The notes beneath the pieces were generated by a model that saw nothing but the letters and a program-made list of their open reading frames with translations, did not search any database and was not told the DNA's origin. The translations under genes and the position numbers were made by a program. Of a stretch of DNA of 64,000 bases, positions 19,206-28,649 are shown in pieces (position 1 is the stretch's first letter; each line of letters starts with the position of its first letter). This DNA is from Candidatus Latescibacterota bacterium (GTDB lineage: Bacteria > Latescibacterota > UBA2968 > GCA-2709665): assembly GCA_965116875.1 (NCBI GenBank), contig OZ220733.1:288001-352000 (forward strand). Reading direction: 5' to 3'.

Positions 19206-20768
19206 ATGTCCAAACTCCGGGATGTCAACACGACCGATATTGTAGACGCCATCCGTCTGGGCTGCCGTACCATGTGCAACGTGTTCAACGCGGATGACGA
19301 CAACGTCCCCTTCTTCGGTTCCAGGGTACTCCCGGAAGCCCGGTTAAGCTTCAGTCCCGTCCATTCCGAGTCCCACGTTCCCGGTCGCCACCTCAACGCG
19401 TTGCTCAACGCCGAAAACGCAATCGGGATCGAACTGGACGAACGCTGCATTGACAACCACGCCAGCGCCGCCTTTCTGGCTTACAGCGGTCCGGTTGCCC
19501 TGCCGATCAACCGGGACGGTGTTGGCGGACCACGAGTCAACTTCACGCCGCACAACTGCCGGGAAGGATTTCATGCGTTGTATCCACTGGTACGTTTCCG
19601 GCACTCCGAACGCGCCCGCGAGATCGCGGAAGCCAGCATCCGCGAGATTCCGAAGCACTGGAATCCGGTTAACGGCTGGGATTACGACGTCCTGGAGGGC
19701 AAACTGGGACTCCGGGTCCATCGCTCCACCTTTGTCGTGGGGCTCGGACGATCCATCGGGCCGCTCGTGAAGTACTACAGGGCGACGGGGTACGGCGCCG
19801 CACTCGACCTGGCCCTGGTCCTTAAGGACAAAGCGCTGGAGTATTTCAATGAAAACGGCGACTACGATCGGGAGACCTTCGGGGCGCATACCCACTCCAC
19901 GACGTGCGTAATGTCTTCCCTGGCCCAGTTGGCCGAACTGACGTCGGACGGCCCCGTCATGAACCGTGTGAAAGCCTTCTACGACAACGGCCTCCGAGAG
20001 TTCAGCGATCCGCTCGGCTGGGTCATCGAGAACAGCGGTGACGAGGCGCCCGCCGACCGGGGAGAAATCAACAACTCGGGCGACATTCTCGAAACCGCGC
20101 TGATCCTGGGCAGGTGGGGATATGCCGGGTATTACGACGACGCCGAACGCATCCTGCGGTGCCACATTCTGCCTTCCCAACTGCGCGACGTTTCATTTAT
20201 CCACGATCCACCCGATCCCGGCGGCGATGACGGCAAACGGGACGTGGCCAACCGGCACCTGGGCGCTTTCGGTTTTCCGGCCCCCTACGGCCACCATCCG
20301 ATCGGCATGGAAACCGTGAGCTTCAACATGGACATCGTGGGGGGAGGGGTGGGCTCACTCTGCGAAGCGCACCGGGCGGTGGCGTTCAGTGACGAAGCGG
20401 GCCACCGTGTCAACCTGCTCTTCGACCACGAAACCCCGTCCATGAAAATTGAATCTCCCTATACGCATCCGGCGCTGCGCGTGAGGGTAAAGCGCGCCGG
20501 GCCGCTGTGGGTGCGCGTCCCTTCCTGGATGGAAGCGTCGAAGATCCGCATCCGGGGCGCGCGGGATGCGCTGCGCGAGGCGAACGGATATCTCTACGTC
20601 GCCCGTCCCCCGCTCAACCGTCCGATCACGTTCGAGTTCCCGCTCATCGAAAGGGAAATCGTCCTGCGTCACCGTACCCGGCGGATACGCGTCAGGCTGC
20701 GGGGAGACGAAGTGGCGGCGATGGACAACTTCGGCGCGGATCTGACGTTTTTCGAACCGTACGAATAA
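19206..20768 (+). CDS. Hypothetical (alpha/alpha)6-barrel protein, GH127/GH146-like
   Basis: HTHS, GEINNSGD, YYDDAERILRCH, VNLLF, VRVPSW and RLRGDEV resemble beta-L-arabinofuranosidase-like proteins. Confidence 0.5.
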   Translation: MSKLRDVNTTDIVDAIRLGCRTMCNVFNADDDNVPFFGSRVLPEARLSFSPVHSESHVPGRHLNALLNAENAIGIELDERCIDNHASAAFLAYSGPVALPINRDGVGGPRVNFTPHNCREGFHALYPLVRFRHSERAREIAEASIREIPKHWNPVNGWDYDVLEGKLGLRVHRSTFVVGLGRSIGPLVKYYRATGYGAALDLALVLKDKALEYFNENGDYDRETFGAHTHSTTCVMSSLAQLAELTSDGPVMNRVKAFYDNGLREFSDPLGWVIENSGDEAPADRGEINNSGDILETALILGRWGYAGYYDDAERILRCHILPSQLRDVSFIHDPPDPGGDDGKRDVANRHLGAFGFPAPYGHHPIGMETVSFNMDIVGGGVGSLCEAHRAVAFSDEAGHRVNLLFDHETPSMKIESPYTHPALRVRVKRAGPLWVRVPSWMEASKIRIRGARDALREANGYLYVARPPLNRPITFEFPLIEREIVLRHRTRRIRVRLRGDEVAAMDNFGADLTFFEPYE

Positions 20769-20856
20769 CCCGTCACGACGTCGACGAAAGACGACGATGA
20801 TAACCGCGTCAATCAGCAAGGTACGCACAGCGTCGAGCCACTGAAAGGAGCCGGGA

Positions 20857-21951
20857 TTGAAGATTACCCACGTCGAGGCCACCCCGATCCGCGTACCCCG
20901 ACCGCAGGCCTTTACCAGCAGTCTCGGGCGAAGCCAGGAAACCGAAAACGCGATCGTTGAGATCCGGACGGACGAAGGCATTACCGGAATCGGCGAAATC
21001 TGCAGCATCTGGGACCGCAAGGGCCGAGGTCAGGCCGAAGATATCAACGACCTGCTGGCAGGCGTCCTCACGGGACGGGACCCGTTCCGCATCGCGGAAA
21101 TCCACGCCCTGATGAACAGCCTGCTGCACCGCTCCGAACCCGCGAAGGCCGGCGTGGACATGGCCCTCTACGACATCGTCGGCAAGGCGCTGGACACCCC
21201 GGTTTACAACCTGCTGGGCGGCCTGGTCAGGAACCGTGTTCTGCTCAGCCATTCCCTTTCCATGGGCGAACCGGAAGAGATCGCCGAACAGGCGGCGTCT
21301 CTCGCCGGGCAGGGGTACAGAACGCTGAAGGCCAAGATCGGCATGGATCCGGAAGCGGATCTTGCCACCGTCGAGGCGGTCCGTGAACGCGTGGGGAACG
21401 ACGTCGTTCTGCGCGTGGACGCCAACATGGGCTGGCGCAATGCCAAAGAGGCCGTGCGCAACATCAGGTCCCTCGAGCCCTGCCGCATCGAACTGGTGGA
21501 ACAACCCCTTCACTTCAGCGACCTGGAGGGCCTGCGGCACATCAGGGATCACGTGGACACGCCCATCATGGCCGACGAAAGCGTCTGGACGCCCACCGAC
21601 GCCATGGCGTGCATCAGGGCCGGCGCCGTTGACGTCTTCAATGTCTACGTGGCCGAAGCCGGCGGCATTTACCCCGCCGCACAGATCTTCGCCATTGCCG
21701 AAGCCGTCCGCCTGCCGTGCATCATCGGCAGCATGCCCGAACTCGGCATCGGGACGTCCGCACAGGCCCATCTCGCCTTCGCCATGCGAAACCTGGGTTA
21801 TGCCAGCGACGTCAACGGCTTTGTCTATCACGCGGACGACGTCATCGTCGAAACCCTGCAAATCGAGGACGGTCATCTTCTACCGCCCCCCGGACCGGGG
21901 CTGGGCGTAAATCCGGACCGGGACAAGATCGACCGGTACCGCATCGCGTGA
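20857..21951 (+). CDS. Mandelate racemase/muconate lactonizing enzyme (enolase superfamily), MLE-like
   Basis: KAKIG (KxK), RVDANMGW, VEQP, MADES, PGLG. Confidence 0.9.
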   Translation: MKITHVEATPIRVPRPQAFTSSLGRSQETENAIVEIRTDEGITGIGEICSIWDRKGRGQAEDINDLLAGVLTGRDPFRIAEIHALMNSLLHRSEPAKAGVDMALYDIVGKALDTPVYNLLGGLVRNRVLLSHSLSMGEPEEIAEQAASLAGQGYRTLKAKIGMDPEADLATVEAVRERVGNDVVLRVDANMGWRNAKEAVRNIRSLEPCRIELVEQPLHFSDLEGLRHIRDHVDTPIMADESVWTPTDAMACIRAGAVDVFNVYVAEAGGIYPAAQIFAIAEAVRLPCIIGSMPELGIGTSAQAHLAFAMRNLGYASDVNGFVYHADDVIVETLQIEDGHLLPPPGPGLGVNPDRDKIDRYRIA

Positions 21952-21991
21952 ATCCGGCTGCGAAGTCCCCATTCATCCAACGGAGAAACTC

Positions 21992-23326
21992 ATGTCTACC
22001 GCCAGAGCCGGGTGGGCGGAAATTGAAACCACGCCGCCGCTCGGATTGCCCATGGGAGGGCGCGGCCCTCGCTTCACACCCGGAAGAGAAATCCTCGACC
22101 CACTCTTCGCGCAGGCCACCGTCCTGGAAGATGCCGAAGGCAGGCGTACACTCTGGATCTCCGTGGACCTTATCGGGCTTGCGCCGGTTGTCGCCGAACC
22201 TCTCAGGTATGACCTTTCCGCGCTCACCGGCATTCCGCTCGAAGCCGTCATCCTGAATTATTCTCACACCCACAGCGGTCCGATGGGCGGCTTCGAAGGC
22301 TATGCCACCCGATTGCCCAAACCGCGCGAACTCCACGCGTACGACGAGTCCCTGTGCCGAAACATCATTCAAGTCGCGCTTGCGGCGATGCATAACCTGC
22401 AGCCGGTTACGGTGACCGAATTCCGGGGAGAGTCGGCGGTAGGCATCAACCGTCGCCGAAAGGGCCCGTCAGGAGAGATGGGAATGGGTCCCAATCCGGA
22501 CGGAGCGCACAACCCGGACCTGTGGCTGCTCGACGTTGCCGCGCTGGAAGGCGGCGACCGGTGCGTGGTTTTCAGCTACGGATGTCACCCGGTGATCGTC
22601 TACGGCTACGCCTGGGACGGCATCTCGGCCGACTATCCGGGCGTATGCCGAAATGTGCTCAGATCCGAACTCGGCGCAAACGTCCAGTGCCAGTTCATCC
22701 AGGGCCTGGCCGGCAACGTCAGACCCCGTGCCCTGGCGGATCTGAGCCGTGGCAGGTTCCGAAAATCAACGCCCGCCGACACGGTTGCCGCAGGAACGAA
22801 ACTTGCCCGCGACGTTGCACGGACGCTTCGCGGCAAAGGCGGGAAGCTGGACCTCGACATCGCCGCGGCACAGGGTCGATTCCTCGCACCGCGCGATCAG
22901 GCGAAAATACCGCCCGCCGACCACTGGCGAACGCTGTCGGATTCGAATGACGAACTCAGCCGGAATCTGGGTAGCTACTGGGTCGAGCGGCTCGACAGCG
23001 GTATTCCGCCGGTGAAGGCGGTGCCCTGGCCCGTCGGCCTGATCCGCCTTGCCCGGGGGCGCCGGATCGCATGGATTGCCGGGGAGGTTCTCGCCGAATG
23101 GCTTGACCTCGTGAGAGACTGGCTTGACGACCCGGACCTGATCGCCTGGGGCTACTGCCAGGAAGGACGCGGTTATCTTCCTACCGACGAACTCCTGCCC
23201 GAAGGAGGTTACGAAGTGGACCGCGCCAACACGTACACGACCACCGGTCCGGGTCCCTTCGCCGAAGGACTCAACGCGTCGGCCCGCCAGACTTTTCTGT
23301 CGCTCGCCCGTCAACTCCAGGTCTGA
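21992..23326 (+). CDS. Neutral/alkaline ceramidase N-terminal-domain-like protein
   Basis: TPPLGLPMGG, SHTHSGP, INRR, YGCHP, SADYPG, QGLAGN, GYLPT...GGYE. Confidence 0.8.
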   Translation: MSTARAGWAEIETTPPLGLPMGGRGPRFTPGREILDPLFAQATVLEDAEGRRTLWISVDLIGLAPVVAEPLRYDLSALTGIPLEAVILNYSHTHSGPMGGFEGYATRLPKPRELHAYDESLCRNIIQVALAAMHNLQPVTVTEFRGESAVGINRRRKGPSGEMGMGPNPDGAHNPDLWLLDVAALEGGDRCVVFSYGCHPVIVYGYAWDGISADYPGVCRNVLRSELGANVQCQFIQGLAGNVRPRALADLSRGRFRKSTPADTVAAGTKLARDVARTLRGKGGKLDLDIAAAQGRFLAPRDQAKIPPADHWRTLSDSNDELSRNLGSYWVERLDSGIPPVKAVPWPVGLIRLARGRRIAWIAGEVLAEWLDLVRDWLDDPDLIAWGYCQEGRGYLPTDELLPEGGYEVDRANTYTTTGPGPFAEGLNASARQTFLSLARQLQV

Positions 23327-23354
23327 CGCGCCACCGGCAAGGACTCCGAAGTGC

Positions 23355-25103
23355 GTGTATCACCATTCATTCCCGCAGTCGTATACCCCTGAAGACACCG
23401 TCGATATGCCCGCAAATTGGCGCGACATGGCCGCCGCACCCTTTGAGGTACAGAAGCAGCCGGCAACCGGATCACGCGGCGTTGTTGCGGCCAACCACCC
23501 CATCGGCTCGGCAGCGGGTGCGCAGATGTTCGCCCTGGGCGGGAACGCCATCGACGCGGCGGTGGCGGCGCTCTTTGCCCTCAACGTCGTCGAGCCCCAG
23601 ATGGTGGGCCTCTACGGCGCGGGATGGATCAACATTCGCCTCGCCGACGGGACCCCCGTCATCCTCGACACCTATGCCTGTGCGCCCGCCGCGGCAACGC
23701 CAGACATGTATTCACCCGTCTCCGACACCTGGCCGGACTACATGCGGGTCGAAGACGATGCCAACAGGACCGGCCCGCTGGCCGTCGGCGTTCCGGGCGC
23801 GCTGAAGGGCTGGTGCGAGGCGCTCGCGCGATGGGGCGATCTGGACCTGAAGACCGTCATTCAACCCGCAATCCAGGTTGCCGAAAACGGCTTTCCCGTC
23901 AGCCGGTATCTGGCGGAGTCCGTGGCGCAGAATCGGCGGTATCTGAGCGGGTTTTCTGAGTCTGCCCGCATATTTCTTCCCGGCGGACGCCCGCTTGCCG
24001 AGGGTACCCGTCTGGTGCAACCCGATCTCGCCGCGTCCCTGCGCGACGTCGCGGATGGCGGGTCGGACGTACTCTACAAGGGCCCTCTCGGGGCGAAGGT
24101 CGTCGACCACGTCCAGGAATGCGGCGGCATTCTCACCATGGAAGATATGGGCGCCTATCGTGCGGTGCGGCGCAGAGCCATCCGGGGAAACTACCGGGGG
24201 TATGAACTCGCTGTGCCGTCTCCGCCCTGCTCCGGCGGCGTCCACGTCCTTCAGATCCTCAATCTGCTGGAAGGATTCAACGTCACGGAACTCGGATTCG
24301 GCACGGCGGACGGCATCCACGTCCTCGCCGAATGCTTCAAAATTGCCTTCGCCGACCGCACGAGTTGCATGGGCGACCCCGAGCAAATCGACGTACCGGT
24401 CGAATGGCTTACGTCGAAGACCTACGGTGCGCAACGACGCGCGGAGATCCGTCTCGCGGAAGCGGCCCCTATGGACCCGGGCATCCCGCCTTCAGCCGAA
24501 TCCGCCTGTACCACCCACGTGACCACCGCGGACGCGGCAGGCAACGTGGCGGCGATGACTCAGACCATCAATGAGGGATTCGGTTGTAAGGTCATTGCCC
24601 CGGGAACGGGTCTGCTGCTCAACAACACAATGGCCCTCTTCGACCCTCACCCGGGGATGGCCAACTCAGTCGGCCCAAAACGGCGGATGCTCAGCAGCAA
24701 CGCGCCCACCATTGTAACCAGAAACGGCGACCCCTGTTTCGCGCTGGGCACGCCCGGCGGCGTGCGCATCTTTCCCGCGGTCGTACAGGCGCTGGTCAAC
24801 CTCATCGACCACGGAATGACCCTGCAGGAAGCGGTTGAAGCCCCCAGGATCTGGACCCAGGGCCAGGAGCTGGAAGTCGAACCCGCGATCCCGGAGATCG
24901 TACGGACCCGGCTCAACCACCGGGGCCACGACATTCGCGAGGTTGACACCGTGGCCGGCGGGATGAACGGCATCGTCTGCGATCGCGCCGCCGGGACGAT
25001 CACGGCCGCCGCATGCTGGCGCGCCGACGGGTCTCCCGTTGCCGTCGCAGGCGGGCCGGCACGGCCCGGTATCCGGTTCAGACCGGCCGCCGGCCGCACG
25101 TAA
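23355..25103 (+). CDS. ggt: Gamma-glutamyltransferase (Ntn hydrolase)
   Basis: GGNAIDAAVA, VGVPG, catalytic TTH, TQTIN..FG, LLNNTM, LSSNAPT, GTPGG. Confidence 0.92.
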   Translation: MYHHSFPQSYTPEDTVDMPANWRDMAAAPFEVQKQPATGSRGVVAANHPIGSAAGAQMFALGGNAIDAAVAALFALNVVEPQMVGLYGAGWINIRLADGTPVILDTYACAPAAATPDMYSPVSDTWPDYMRVEDDANRTGPLAVGVPGALKGWCEALARWGDLDLKTVIQPAIQVAENGFPVSRYLAESVAQNRRYLSGFSESARIFLPGGRPLAEGTRLVQPDLAASLRDVADGGSDVLYKGPLGAKVVDHVQECGGILTMEDMGAYRAVRRRAIRGNYRGYELAVPSPPCSGGVHVLQILNLLEGFNVTELGFGTADGIHVLAECFKIAFADRTSCMGDPEQIDVPVEWLTSKTYGAQRRAEIRLAEAAPMDPGIPPSAESACTTHVTTADAAGNVAAMTQTINEGFGCKVIAPGTGLLLNNTMALFDPHPGMANSVGPKRRMLSSNAPTIVTRNGDPCFALGTPGGVRIFPAVVQALVNLIDHGMTLQEAVEAPRIWTQGQELEVEPAIPEIVRTRLNHRGHDIREVDTVAGGMNGIVCDRAAGTITAAACWRADGSPVAVAGGPARPGIRFRPAAGRT

Positions 25104-25215
25104 CATCGGGCATCGTGTCAATTCCCCGCCTCCGAACCCGGAAAGCCGCGGTTCCGGCGCCCGCAAGATCGCGTCAATCAATCCTCTGGAAGTTGAACGG
25201 GGAGATCCTTGCGTC

Positions 25216-27975
25216 ATGAATGACTGGCTGGAAACCTGGCACGGCGAATTCGATATCCCGGAGATGCTGGACCCCGGCCGGTGGCAACAATACCGGACTC
25301 ACGTCCGCCATCCCGCGACCATCTTTTCACGGAGCGATATCGGCCGCGCCAGGGAAAACGTCTCCGCCCGGCCGTGGGCGCTAACAGCCCTGGAAGCGCT
25401 TCTGAATAGAGTCGCTGCCGCCGGGACGGTCTCGCCGGAGTGGGCGCGAGTTTATGTACCGTCGACGACGCCCTACTCACCCCATTTTACCATGTGTCCA
25501 AAGTGCGAGTTTGCGCCCATGCACGGCGCGTACGACTGGAATCCGGGTGATCCGGAACACATCCGGTGCAAGGGTTGCCGCACCGTATTTCCAAACGACG
25601 AGTATCCCGAAGACGTGGTGTTCGAAAGCCGCTTCGACCCCAGGCAGAAAATCACCCTGTACGGCGGCCGGTCGTGGCAGGCCTACGGATATGCGGCCAT
25701 CCACTCCAGCTTCTCCGGGCATGCTCGCATCCACCGGTGCCGGCACGCGGCGAACACGGCCGAAGACCTGGCGCTGGCCTACGCGCTGACGGGAAAAAGG
25801 GACTACGCGTTTGGCGCCGCGAATATCCTGAAACGGTTTGCCGACGTCCATCCCGCGTATCTTGTACATTCCTCGTACGGCGACATTGCGGATTTCGATC
25901 CGAAGGTCGCAGCGACTCGGGTCGACAATCTGCCCGAAGACGAGTGGTGTCCGCCGGGCAATGTACCGAACCGAAAACTCCATCCCGGATACTGGGCCGC
26001 ACTGCGCTGGGGCTCCTCCGGAGGGATGGAGGGCACTTCACTTCAAAAACTCATCCTCGCCTACGATCTGGTCGCTGAAACCCTGTCAGACGCGGAAAAA
26101 CGGCATGTCGAGCATGACCTGCTCCTCGACGCGGCCGTAATGCTCTACTCGGACGATGTCATCAACAACAAAACGGGGATGAACCGCTGCGCCGTCGGCC
26201 TGATCGGAATCGTCTGCGGCGACCCGCTGCTGGTCCGTTTCGGCCTGGACGGCTTTGTGAGGGCCGTGCGGGACTGGTGGCTGCCCGATGGCGGAACACC
26301 GGAGTCCATCGGATACGCCGGTATGATGTTGTCCGGTATCTGGCGCATCGCAGAGGCCCTCAAACGCTATTCGGATCCGGCCGGCGTGGAGCTTCCGCCG
26401 GCTCGTCTGGACCGCGTGGACCTTTACACGTGGCCGCGCTACCGGGCGGTCTGGCAGAACATGGCCCGTCCCCTTCTGCCGGACCTGAACTATCCCCTGC
26501 TGGCCGACAACCGGCTTCCGTGCCACCTTTCCGCCATGTTTTCCGATATCCTCGCACGCAATTATCCGTCGGAAAACCACCGAATGCTTCAACGGGACAT
26601 CGCCGGGAAGGAACGGTGCTATGCCGGCCGCATCGCACAGTTCTGGTACGGCGGCAACCTGGACACCGCGGCCGCCTTTTACCGGCAGCCCTCCGCACCG
26701 CCGGAACAGCCGCCCCGGTTCAACGACGATCTCGGGCCCCACCTGAATATTGGTACCCAGCGCACTGGACACAGGGGGAACGGCAGCGCCGTCATCCTGT
26801 ACGGCGCGGACTTCAAGGGCCACCATCACCACGACCACCTCAATCTCTACTACTGGAAGGACGGTCGTGAACTGCTTACCGACCTCGGCTACCTGTGGGA
26901 TATGGAAGACCTCCGTTACGGCGTGAACCGTACCCTCGCTCACAATCTGGTGGTGGTTGACGGTGAAGAACAGGGAACCCGCGGCCGCCGGGCGACCTTT
27001 CACCTCTTTTCGGCAGGTCCGCGCGCGAAGGTGATGGAGGCCTCTTCCAACGTCTATCCGGACGCCTCGGTCTACCGCCGGACAATCGCCACCGTCGGCG
27101 GCGGACGGGATGAATACATCGTGGACGTCTTCCGCGTTGTGGGCGGCGGCCGGCACGACTGGGTCATGCACGGACCCGACCGCTCCCTTACGCTCTCCGG
27201 CATACGTACCGATTCAACAGACAAGGACATTTTCGACCTCACGCAAATACGCAACGGCCAGTCAGCATCACCCTGGTCTGCCGTGTGGTCGCCCGGCGAC
27301 GGGACGCCTTTCCGTGTACATTTCCCCGCGAACGAAGCGGAGCGGGTCTTTGTCGGCGAGGGGTTCGGGCAGCGCAAAGCCCGCGACATGGGCGCCACCG
27401 TACCTTACGTCGTGCGCCGAAGATACGACGGCGCCAGTACCTTCGTTACGGTGTATTCTGCTGGTGACGCCGTCAGGTCCGTGCGCGTCTCCTACCTGAA
27501 TCAGACCACCCTGGGCACGGTGGTTGAGGTTACCACGAACGCCGGGAAAGACACACTGATCAGCGCCGGCTGCGGACAGACACCTGAAGTTATTCGGCAC
27601 GACGAGCAACAGACGAGTTTCCATGGCCGGTTCGGTTTCATCTCGGGTGATCACGCCTGGCTGGTGGGAGGCACCCGTCTGCATCACGGTGATATCTCCC
27701 TCGAATACGACGTCGAGGCGCTGTCCGGTCCCGTTCTGGAAACCTTCGTGACCGACGGCGAATCCGGCCTCGTAACCAGCGGCGAAGCGACCGGGTTGCG
27801 TGAACTGGAGGGCAGACACGTCTTCGTCACCGACAGCCGCCGGATGACGCGTGCTTATCCGGTCCTCGAGTTGACCGAATCCGCAGGCAGGCCCGTGCTT
27901 GTCACTCGCCGAGGCGACAGAGGCTACGATATCCGCGCCGGAGAGACGTGGATGGCGTGGTCCGAGACCTCCTGA
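25216..27975 (+). CDS. Heparinase II/III-like protein with N-terminal 4-Cys motif
   Basis: PDGGTPESIGY, GHHHHDHLNL, LLTDLGY, TLAHNLVVVDG; CPKC...CKGC near N-terminus; ATG 25216 after GGAG. Confidence 0.8.
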   Translation: MNDWLETWHGEFDIPEMLDPGRWQQYRTHVRHPATIFSRSDIGRARENVSARPWALTALEALLNRVAAAGTVSPEWARVYVPSTTPYSPHFTMCPKCEFAPMHGAYDWNPGDPEHIRCKGCRTVFPNDEYPEDVVFESRFDPRQKITLYGGRSWQAYGYAAIHSSFSGHARIHRCRHAANTAEDLALAYALTGKRDYAFGAANILKRFADVHPAYLVHSSYGDIADFDPKVAATRVDNLPEDEWCPPGNVPNRKLHPGYWAALRWGSSGGMEGTSLQKLILAYDLVAETLSDAEKRHVEHDLLLDAAVMLYSDDVINNKTGMNRCAVGLIGIVCGDPLLVRFGLDGFVRAVRDWWLPDGGTPESIGYAGMMLSGIWRIAEALKRYSDPAGVELPPARLDRVDLYTWPRYRAVWQNMARPLLPDLNYPLLADNRLPCHLSAMFSDILARNYPSENHRMLQRDIAGKERCYAGRIAQFWYGGNLDTAAAFYRQPSAPPEQPPRFNDDLGPHLNIGTQRTGHRGNGSAVILYGADFKGHHHHDHLNLYYWKDGRELLTDLGYLWDMEDLRYGVNRTLAHNLVVVDGEEQGTRGRRATFHLFSAGPRAKVMEASSNVYPDASVYRRTIATVGGGRDEYIVDVFRVVGGGRHDWVMHGPDRSLTLSGIRTDSTDKDIFDLTQIRNGQSASPWSAVWSPGDGTPFRVHFPANEAERVFVGEGFGQRKARDMGATVPYVVRRRYDGASTFVTVYSAGDAVRSVRVSYLNQTTLGTVVEVTTNAGKDTLISAGCGQTPEVIRHDEQQTSFHGRFGFISGDHAWLVGGTRLHHGDISLEYDVEALSGPVLETFVTDGESGLVTSGEATGLRELEGRHVFVTDSRRMTRAYPVLELTESAGRPVLVTRRGDRGYDIRAGETWMAWSETS

Positions 27976-28117
27976 CCTCCGCCGCGGGCCGTCGAGGCAA
28001 CGTGCCGGAAATGGCTGGAGGGCACGCCGCGCCGATTCCGGGAACTCCGAACCTGCAGGAGCGTCTCAAGGTTATCCACTGCTATTTTCCCACCATCTTC
28101 CGCCGGAGACCCTGGCG

Positions 28118-28528
28118 ATGCCCGGCATTGTCTTCCGCACCCTTTCGGTTGTTGCCTCAGTGCTTTTTTTCACGGAACCTGCGGTCGGTGTGTCGCCGGC
28201 GCCGGCCGATTCGCTGAAGATTCGGCCGCCACAAGGCGCGAATGGCCCTTCCAGCCTTGAAAGGTTGAAGGGGTTACGACAGAGGCTCAATCGAAAACGG
28301 CAAATCGAGAAGCAGCCATTGGTCATCGCGCTTGAGAGGCTGTTGGTACCGAGGTCACCGATGGATAACATGCCCATCGTCAACCCGGGCGCCGGCTTTG
28401 CGTTCAACATGCCGATCGCCAGACCGGACCCCAACATCGACTACAAGCTGCGTATACTCGGAATGGAATCCGTCCCTACCGTCATCGAGTCCATCCGGTC
28501 CGAATCGCGAAAAATCAAGCCGAAGTAA
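28118..28528 (+). CDS. Small secreted hypothetical protein with duplicated NMPI motif
   Basis: GGAG RBS, signal-peptide-like N-terminus (MPGIVFRTLSVVASVLFFTEPAVG), DNMPIVNP...FNMPIARP; followed by terminator. Confidence 0.6.
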   Translation: MPGIVFRTLSVVASVLFFTEPAVGVSPAPADSLKIRPPQGANGPSSLERLKGLRQRLNRKRQIEKQPLVIALERLLVPRSPMDNMPIVNPGAGFAFNMPIARPDPNIDYKLRILGMESVPTVIESIRSESRKIKPK

Positions 28529-28555
28529 CGACACCGGGTACATACCGATCATAAA

Positions 28556-28590
28556 CAAAAAGGCTCCGGGTTCTTCCCGAAGCCTTTTTG
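28556..28590. terminator. Bidirectional rho-independent terminator
   Basis: CAAAAAGGCTCCGGG-TTCTT-CCCGAAGCCTTTTTG between convergent genes. Confidence 0.85.
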
Positions 28591-28649
28591 CTGTCGAATT
28601 CGAAAGGATTTCCGGGCGAAGACAACCCGGATCCTAATTCGCACCCCTG

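Noticed and set aside
26815-26845. His run (HHHHDH) as a metal-binding tag or artefact
   Set aside because: It is the conserved heparinase II/III HxHxD motif
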